This document shows, piece after piece, positions 1 to 9,500 of a DNA stretch of 25,563 bases; within the stretch, counting starts at the first letter, position 1; every line of letters starts with the position of its first letter. Made by a program: the position numbers and the translations under genes. Source of the DNA: a virus. Taxonomy: Duplodnaviria; Caudoviricetes. Location: positions 1-25,563 of the IMG/VR virus record IMGVR_UViG_3300025621_000052; one strand, 5' to 3'. The notes beneath the pieces were generated by a model. That model was not told the DNA's origin. It searched no databases and saw only the letters and a list, made by a program, of their open reading frames with translations.

Positions 1-40
1 ATTGAAATTCCTCTAATTTAAAGTTATCAGTTAGTATCAT
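1..40 (-). CDS. 5' end of probable peptidase M15A-family endolysin (runs off window)
   Basis: Read by hand: ATG at 40 overlaps the upstream TGA (ATGA coupling) and gives MILTDNFKLEEFQ. This resembles the 'LT.NF.L.EF.C' N-terminus of Peptidase_M15_3 lysins, and it follows a holin-like gene. Only 13 codons are visible. Confidence 0.55.
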   Translation of the reverse strand, partial: MILTDNFKLEEFQ

Positions 41-192
41 TTTTTATTCTTTAGGGTTGCCCATTTTGAAATAGTATAACCTATGGTTATTAATAGTAAT
101 ATAATCTTTAGCCAATCTTCTATACCTGTAAATGTTGTTACCCCTAAAGTACTGCCATTTATTAGGTATAGTTTTATTTCATTTATGCTCAT
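37..192 (-). CDS. Small membrane protein, putative holin (51 aa; absent from supplied ORF track)
   Basis: Hand translation: MSINEIKLYLINGSTLGVTTFTGIEDWLKIILLLITIGYTISKWATLKNKK*. It has a hydrophobic helix (WLKIILLLITIGYTI) and a basic C-tail. It starts 11 nt after the upstream stop, and its TGA overlaps the next ATG. Confidence 0.7.
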   Translation of the reverse strand: MSINEIKLYLINGSTLGVTTFTGIEDWLKIILLLITIGYTISKWATLKNKK

Positions 193-203
193 ACTTTTGT
201 TTT

Positions 204-536
204 TTACATTACTCCTTTTCTATCTCTAGGCTTATAGTTTTTTTCGTACTCCTCTGTTCTAATAGCACGATCTTCTATTCTAGCGGCTCTCCTTAGTAGC
301 CTATCAGCTTTTTTACCTCTTCCTTCATCAACCGCTTTTCTTCCTTTAGCGGCTACTTTTTCTGCTCTAGCAAATCTTCTTGTAGATCTTTTATTGCTCA
401 TTTGTTTAGCAGGAGATGGGTTGTGCTCAGGCACTGCCCCTCCGCTGCCATCTGCATTCATGGATATTTCCATACCTTTGGGAGCAGTTAATCCACACCT
501 TGCTTTAGATACTCTAGTTGTTATTGGTAAGTTCAT
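204..536 (-). CDS. Small basic hypothetical protein (110 aa)
   Basis: Starts 2 nt after the giant gene's stop, with the ATT-ATG context shared by other genes here. The C-terminal half is K/R/A-rich and helical. Confidence 0.7.
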   Translation of the reverse strand: MNLPITTRVSKARCGLTAPKGMEISMNADGSGGAVPEHNPSPAKQMSNKRSTRRFARAEKVAAKGRKAVDEGRGKKADRLLRRAARIEDRAIRTEEYEKNYKPRDRKGVM

Positions 537-538
537 AA

Positions 539-3500
539 TTATTTATTTTTATTAGCTTTTTCTTTTCTTTTTTTTGCTAGCGCGGCTCTAAATTTTGCAT
601 TTTCAATAGATTCTAATGAGTCTTTTTTCTTTTTTGTTTTTGCTCTTGTATTTCTAGACTTTATTCTTCTTTTTTCTTTCTTAATAAAATCCTCTATATC
701 TCTTTCGTCTTGTGTTAATTTAGATCTTCTATCTTTCTCCTTCATTTCCTTAAGAAGCTTTTCCTGCTTTCTTTTTTCTTTTCTCTCTTCTGCCTTGCGC
801 TCTTTGTTTTCTGCTTTAATTTTTATTTCTAACAAATCATTTTCTTCATTTTTAGCGCCGACATTCCATGTTTTCCAACCTAATGCTAATGCTATCCTTT
901 GCCAAGCAGTGTTCCTAGAATCCAATGCTTCTGTAATAGAATTAACTTCATCTACTACTCTGGCCATTGGTATATTAGTAATCCCCTCTACAAGATTACC
1001 TGCTGAATTCCATCTAGGACTTAAATTAAATTTACCGTCTATAGTGACATCCCAACCCCTTTCGCTTATAACTTCTTTGTCAAATCTTTCTCCTTTAGCA
1101 AAGTTTACAATCTTTCTAGCTTTTGAACCTACCGCGGGTGATATATTAAGCAGGGCTATAAGTGTTTTAGAGTCGTCTGCTAAAAACCCTTTATCGTTCT
1201 GCTTTTTATATTCTATTATAGCATTCTTTAAAATAGACACAACAGCTCCAGGTAAACCAAAGCCTCCTTTAAGAGTAGTGTCAACCATTGAATTTACAAC
1301 CGCAAAAATCTTTTTTTCTGTTTTTTCCTCCATGGTCATTTTTCCCTCTTCGTCTTCCTCGTCGTTAAATCCTGGAATAAGAGCAAACATTGCGGCTTGG
1401 AGCGCAGAAAAAATAGCATTCTGTATAGTTCCGTAATATATTATTTTGCTAAAGTTCGTAAAATCACTTTGAGCCTGTGTTTGCCCTGGTATTCTTCTTC
1501 TATTGTATATATCTTGGGCAGACTTTTTTATAGATCTATTAAGTTGTATAGGTGTATTCATGAAGTTTAATACAACCCTACCTAAAGAACTGGATTGATC
1601 GGAAGATATTAAAGCAGGATCTCCTGATTGCTGTGTTTCATCTGAAATAGGGATAAAATCTTTAAAAGCTTTATCCTCTGCTTGCTTCCGCGTGTATTTA
1701 GGTTTACCGTCAGCGCCTTTTTCTTTTAAGTAAGTGTTAACTCTATTTCTATAGAATGTAGCACCACCCGAGGCTATGGCGAAACTATCTACCATTTGAG
1801 TAGGTGTAAATCCTATTTTAAGTAAGTAGTTTAATGCAGCTGTTGCCTTATCCGTAGCGCCTGTAACAGCACTCGCAAGTTCAGCGGCATTTACGTCTGT
1901 TTTTAAACCAGATCTTCTTTGCTTAAGCTTGGGCGAATTAAATATCATTGCAAAATCAGCCCAATATTGTTTTTGGTCTGCAAATGCTGCGGCCGCCTTC
2001 ATAGGATTATTGTCACTCCAGTTTATAAAGTTTACCGTGGATAGAAGCTGCAACAAAGCAGATCTTCTGTTAAAAAACATTATAGCCCCTATAGAATTGT
2101 TAAGCCAGTTATTCCACTTCTGCTCATTTCTTTTCATACTAGCGGCTCTGTTTACACCGTTTTTCATTCGGTATAATATATCTTCTATAGCTTCTCTATG
2201 AGCCTTTCCGTATATTGCCTCTATTTTGTTTAAATTATTTTCGCTAAAGATTAGATCAGAGTTTTCTATGAATTCCTTAAGGTATTCTTTTCTACCTGTT
2301 TTTTCTGTAAAGTTATTAATATCAGATAATATAGTTTGCACTGCCCAATACTCGGACGGTTTAGACCATTCTTTTTTCTGAGCTACCTGCAGCGCACCAT
2401 TTGCATAAGCCATTAGTTCCGCGTCTCCCTGAACAAACCTAACAAGCTCTCTCTCTTGCTTTCTAGTAAGACCTGGTATTTCATACCCCGCTTTATTCCA
2501 AAGGTACACACGCAGCGCTTGATCATGCGTATAAGCCATACCCGGAACTCTCTTGCCTAGCTTTTTTAATACAGGCTTGTATTGTTTATTTAATGCCGCG
2601 AATCCGTTTTTAAGAGATTGCTTTACTATATCTATTTCGTTTATAGCCCTCCAGTAAGGCTTAACTAAAGCGTCTTGGAAAAACTTTTGATCAGCATCAC
2701 CTTGTCTTCCTTTACCAGCAAATGTATATTCCGTTAACCCTCTAAAATCTTCAAGTGACGACGGCATCCAAATTTTCCACTTGCCTTTGTTCTTACCTAA
2801 TATTTCACCTTCAACCCTAGTTAATCTTTTTCTAGACTTTATTCCGGATGCTCTTTCAAGCATGTCATTAAAGTTTTTATTTAACTGTTTGCTAAATTTA
2901 ACTCTAGATCTTTGCGTGGGTCCTTTAACATCAAACGTGTTAAGTATATCTCTTACAGCTTTAGGTTGATTTTTAAAATCTACTATAGACAATTCCGTTT
3001 GTCCTTTAACGCCTTTGCCCTTAAGCGCTTTACCTACGGCTTTAACATTACCCATGTGATCGTCAGCAAAGTAAAAGTCATTATATCCTTCCGCTATCTT
3101 ACCAACCATCCAATCAGCCTTAGCCTGCGGTGATCCGTTACCTAAGCCTGTGATGTTTTCTATAGGTATATTTAAACCTTCCGACTTTAGAAACTCATGT
3201 ATTGCGGCCGCTGAATTAGCTGGTCTTGCAGTTAAAACAAATATATCTTTATTAGTATACTTACCTTCTTTCTTTTGCGCTTCGCTAAACAATGGACCTA
3301 ACTCACCTTTCATTACTTTACTAAACTCGCTAAAGTCAAACTCAGCTCCTTGCTCGAGCATTGTTTCTGACTTAGCGGCAAATTGAGCTGCGTTTAGCTT
3401 ACCTTTTGTACCGTCAGGCATAACGTATAGCACATTACTTTTCGTGCGGGCTAGCGTGTCGTCAAAGTCAAATACGCTAATACCTTTAGGATTTTGAGAG

Positions 3501-6500
3501 AACTTAATGCTTGCCGCGTTGTTTATGGCTTTTTGTCCATTAATAGCTTTTGTATATGCTGGACCGCTTAAGTTTTTTGAAAATTTACTATAATTTTTTA
3601 CGGCAATATCAGCCTTGTCTTTACTTAATTTAGATACTTCTCGTAAATCTAGTAGATTATTTTTTGTAAATCCTGGATGTAGGATAGTCATTCGATTGGT
3701 AAACATCCTTGTGTCCCCTGGATTTTTCTCTTTTAACGCTCCCGGTACAGGAAATGTTGATTGGCTAACCGCATCAATAGATTTAGCTATAGATTTTGGT
3801 AATAGTGTTATTTGGCTCTTATCAATAATACTTTGCACAGCCGCTTTTGATACACCTCTACCCATTATGTAATTAGATGCAGCGATTAACAATTGTTTAG
3901 TAGGTGTACCGTGCTCAAACGTGTAATCTTTTGCTGTTATTCCGTCGCCTTTGTAAAAGGCTCTAAGCTTAGCTAAGGTTTTAGCGGCGGTACGCATACT
4001 TTTACCTTGAGAATTCATTATCACAGCGGCAGCTAACGGGGTAATACCTGTATCTTTACCCACTAGCTCTTTAAGCAGTTCTACCATATCCATAAATTGA
4101 ATAGCACTTTTTTCGCTTAAGTCAATTCTATCTTTAAATAAAACGCCGTAACCTGTGCCGGCAATAAGTTTTTTAAAATCAGGTGCATTAGCTTCCTGCA
4201 CAAGTACGGAAGTAGTTTTAGTTTTATCTTTACTATTTTTAGACTCTTTAGAGAAAAAAGTAAACCCTTTTCCATTTTTATTTTCTACGAGTTCTAACCC
4301 TGATTCTTTAATAGCAGCGTCTATTTCTATATTTTTCTTTTGTAGTTTCTCGATGAAACTCATGAACCCCACATTAGTGCCGTATATGCTTTGTCCTGTG
4401 CCTGTAGTTAAACCTGGCTGGAACATGCGTATAAAAGCGTTTACCCCTTCTACGTTGCCCTTGCTCTCTATAAGACTGCGCAAAATATTTTTAAGGCTTA
4501 AATCAACTTCTAGCTTTGCAGTTTCTGAAAGATTAGCAAAAGAAATATCTTTAGCATTTTCGTTAAATATATTTGTAATATCCCCGGCAGCTTTGTCTAC
4601 TACAGCGTTTAAATAAGTTGTTAAATCTGTATTACCTGCGGTATTAAATTTAGCAAACTGTTCTATTGACTTGTCGGTTACAGATTTGTTGTTAAACGCA
4701 CCCATCACATGTAGATCAACTAAGTTTTGCCAAAGTGTATTTAATTTTGCATCACCCGCTCTTAATTTTTTGAGCTCATCAGGATCATAAAATAACCCTT
4801 GCGCTAAGTCATCTTTAAACTTAGCTTTTAAGTAAACAGTAAGGTCTTTACGAGCCTTTTCAAACGCGCTATTTTTAGTAGCAATACTAAACTTAACGTT
4901 GCCTCTATCGGCATCTCTTTGTATTTGTTCTACAAGGTTATCAGCAAGTACTTCTCCTTTCTGCAATTTTCTTTCCTGATTAGTTTCAAAAACTTCGCTT
5001 ATTTCACTAGCAGGATTTACTATTTCAGAGGTAAATATTTCAAATGAAATTTCTTCAGCCATAGCTTTAGCTAACGCCTCTTTTCTACCTCTTATTGGGT
5101 TGCCGCTCTCCTGTAAAAATTGTGCTAAGTAAGTATCGTCGTCAATAATTTCGTCTACATTTTTGTAATTAACTATGTTTGGATGTCTCCTTACAAGCAA
5201 AGCCCCCGACGTTCTACCCGCGTCATCGGTGCTTGTTTTTTCCCTAGCTATTTCTTTGCCAACCCAAGCTGGATAAGAAACCCACTTACCATTTTCTTTA
5301 AGTTGCTTTTGTATTGCTTGCGGTATTCCACCTTGACCATCTTTACCCATTAACCAGGTTGTGGTCATGTTTTGTAACGTTGCCTTTTTAGTCTTAAGTA
5401 AAAACTTTCTAAGCTTACCGTCTTTTTTGCCTCCCATAGCTGCTTTAAGATCTATATCGGCTTGCTTACCCATTTCAAATTGTATCTCTGCCATAAGCGG
5501 AGTTACAGTACGGTTATTGGATATAGCGGCATCCATTCTGGATTTTAAAGTACGAAGTACCATTTTTAACTTAGCTTTTACAGCCTTTATTACTTCGTCT
5601 GATACTACACCGGCATCCGTTAAGTTTCTGTATTTAGGCTTTTCTTTTACTTCATTCGAACTTTCGTCTGCTGTAATATTCTTAGCCGCTGTAACGTCTT
5701 CCGTAAAGGTGTTTTCAGTCACTCTACCAGTCTTTAACGCGCCTCTCATTCTATTACTTAGCTGAGCCATTGTATAGCCGAACAGGGAGTCATTTTTAGA
5801 CGGGTCAAATTTCTTTATATAAGGTATAAGACTAGCTATGGTTTCACTAACCATGTTATCCATTTCAAATCCAGGTAGGTTTGTAAGATTAACTATATTG
5901 TTACCTGCTGTTTTAAATGCTTTTACTTTAGATCGGATCATTCCGTCTAACGTTTCGTATATAACAGGATCATTTGCGTCAAATCCTTCAGGATTATTAC
6001 CTACAGCATCTAATTTCTTTTTAGATTTTGCGGTAACATCGCTTAATTTTTGCTCATCTTTTTTAGAAGCTTGAGGTGCATCAATATCTGATTTAGCTTT
6101 ACGCTTTGCTTTAGGCTTTGGCTCCGCTTTTACTTTAGGTGGATTTTCGATGTTCTCGTATTCCTCCTCTAGCTTGGCTATTTTTCTATCATGTGTGTCT
6201 TGATCTATAAAACCTTGCATTAAATCGTCTCCTATTTCGCCAATTTCTTGGTCAATAGCTTCCATTCGATCTTCTTCAGCTTCCGTAAGCTTACGACTAA
6301 GCTTTGTAGTGCCTTCTTCTTCGTCAGTATCAATGTTTAAGCTTTTGCCTTTTACAGCTTTTTTAGTCCAACTAGAAACAAACTGGAATATAGAACTAGC
6401 GTCGTCTAACTTAAAGTACATAGAGGCATCTCCGTTTAAGAAACGCATTATAGAATTTATACCTGTTTTTATTTCGTATACTTTATTATATGAGCTTTTT

Positions 6501-9500
6501 GGTAAAGCACCTATGTTGGTTAAATCGGCCACTAGCTGTATTAGCTCGTCCGCGTCTATCCCATTAGTGTCGGCGTACTCTTCTTTCTTATACGCTAATA
6601 CTCTTTTGTTGAAAATATCAAAAACTTCTTTTGAAATAGTCCCAGCTTCTCTTAGCGCCGTAACCTCAGCTATTATGCCTTCCACCATTTTTTTGCCATC
6701 ACCTACAACTCTATCGTTTTTAATAATGCCTGCATTTCGGGTTTGTATATGTCCAAGCTCATGGAGAGGTGACATAGCAGCAATTCTACCGGTATATCTA
6801 TCTTGTGTAAGAGCACTTGCTATTATGTTCTCTTTAAATAGGACTACCTCATTAGAAGTTTTGCCTTGAACGGTTGTATTTGCCGCATAATTTCTGTCTT
6901 TGTATCCTTTTCTAAGAGTATTTTTTTCTACTTCGTTGAACTTGTCTTTTTCGTTACCCTGGTCGTCTTCAACTTTTTGATTAACATATTCTTCTAATTG
7001 CTCAGCGCTATTAATTTCAGTAGAATTTACATTATTTTGCCCTTTAATTATGTTTTTTGAGTAAAAATATAGTTGCACGTTTGCGGCAGCTTCTACTTTA
7101 TTGCCTAGGCCGTCTATATCTTTAAGAATCTTTTCCATTTCCTGATCTTTTTTCTGGAATACGGATTCTCTTTCTCCTTTTATTTTTGTTAACTCTTCAT
7201 TTAGTCTATCCATTTCCTTGGTAGACCAATTGCTTACATCTCCAGAAGCTCCTAATGCAGCAGCTTCTTTTTCTAATAATCTTATTTCTCTATTGGCTTC
7301 AGTTATAGCTTCAAATTCCTCCGCCGTTAAATCATTAACTTTTAATACGATATTTGTATTTTCTAAAGATAATTCTTTTAATGCAGCTCTCCTTCTTTTC
7401 CTTAAGATGTTTCTAGCATCTGCGGTTAACTGATCGGAATTTAGTTCTTTTTGTATCTCTAGTATTTCGGTTCTAAGCTTAGCTTCTTTTCTTGCTTCCC
7501 TAGAATTTCTAAACTCGCTAGCAATTGCTGAGTATATATTTTGACTAGCCATAGGCCCCCCTATAGCGAAACTAGTAATCATAGTGTTTGCCGCAAAGTC
7601 TTTGTCTAATCCTTCGAATAGATTTTTATCTTCGCCAAGTATAACTATATCTGAAAAATTCTGGCCAACTAAAGTAAACCCTTCCTCTAAATATTCAATA
7701 CCGCCACCTATACCAACAGCTGTAGTAGCTCCAACAGTTTTTGACAGGGCTCTAGCTATACTTCGGTTCATTACTTTTCTGAACTCATTGTAACCTATTG
7801 CTCTGGAGTATTTTTGAAAGTTATTTATAAACCCTAATGTACCAAATCTTTCAGCAAGAGAAGCAATACCTCCGTAAACCAAGCTGTTAAAAGACTTTTG
7901 CGTTTGCGACATATTAAGCACGTCCTCTTGATCTGCTAATATTTTTTTTAGTTCACTTATTTCCGTAGGGTCGTCTGTTTCTAGCAGTGCCTGCGTTATT
8001 TCTTCTTTTATTTTCGCGGCTTCTCTTTGAGCTATTTCTAGGTTTGCCATTTGCCCTCCCGCTTCCATGGTGAAGAACACACTCATTGCTAATCTATTTA
8101 CGCCTTTGTTCCACGCCGCTGCAGTCATGGCAGTACCTAAGTTTTGCACTCCAGATTTAGTGGCTGCTTTAGTCAGGGCTGACCTTATAATATTTTTAGC
8201 TACCATTCTACCACCAATATTAACTAAGGCACCGCTTCCGCTAGTTGCTAAAGCTACTAATATAGAGGGTGAATTATCTACAAGCGTCATACCTAAGTAA
8301 TCAGATGTACTTAATCCTTCATTATCTAGCGTTGGCCTAAACAACTTCTCTTCGTTCCTAGACTGTAGCCTTTGATTGTAGTCTATAGCGGCTCCTTTGT
8401 CTGCAACAAGATCACCATACCATTGCGATTCAAGTATTCTTTGTTCAGCTAAATCAGCATTAATGTCATCAGAAGCGTAAGCCCTAGCAATAGCGATAGG
8501 CACGTCTCCTAATAAAAACTTTTTAGTGGAAGCCCCTAACATAGCGCCGCTGCCTAAAAAAGAATTCTCCATAACCATAGCCATTCTATCGTCAAGCTCA
8601 TAGGTTTTATATGCTGCTTCTTGTGCTATTTTAAATTTACTTAACTGCCCTGCCCTTTTTGTTATTCTATCAGACTCCGTCATCATTGCTTGACGTTGTT
8701 GATCTAGATTATTCCATTCGGCAGACATCGCCGCGTTGCCTTCTCTGAAAGTTTTAGCGTATTGATCTTGTAAAAGCTGTCTATATTCAGGATCGTCTGT
8801 ATTATTAAAGTTTTCTTCAATATTACCAAGCAAGTAATCGTAATCTGCTTTAATTTCTTCTAATGGAGTAGCTCCTCTTTCAGTGTAATCATTAAGCTGC
8901 TGATCTAGCTTTTTGTACCTTTCTTGTAGATCGGCTTCCGAACTTGCTTGGTATTCTTTTAATGCGTTGTTTAAGCGTTCTTCTGAAGCCTCTTCATTGT
9001 AAGGAATGTATGTTCTGCCTTGTATAGTTTCTTTAGAAGTTAATGGGCGTCCAAATTTAGCTTCAAAATCGGCATTGTCTTTTTTTCTAAGAGCAGCTTC
9101 TCTTTTATTTTCTTGCACTACTTCTAACGCTCCGTTATCACCTTCAAGCTCAGCTGCTATTTTAAATTGCTCGCTTTCGGGTATATCATTATTTATCATG
9201 TAGTTAGCGGCTGCTTCTTTTTTCTGCCTAGTAACTACATCTGTAATTGTATTTTGCTCTATTTTGGATAAGTCTATATACTTATTTATATTTTCAGGCG
9301 TTAAAGTTTCGTTAGCTAACCTAGCCTTTTCCTGCACCTCTGTCCAGGTGTTATACTTCTCTTCGCCTAAATAATTTTTTAGATCCTCCTCGTACGAATT
9401 AGTATATACCCTTTTATTGCTAAACCCGCTTTTATCTATAGTATATTCTCTACCCGCAGTTGATTCACCTATTGGAACTAGTTTACCTTCTTTATTTTTT

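Noticed and set aside
3455-3472. DFDD in the giant protein as the crAss-like virion RNAP DFDID motif
   Set aside because: It reads hhhDxDxT and is followed by HAD motifs II-IV, so a HAD phosphatase explains it better.
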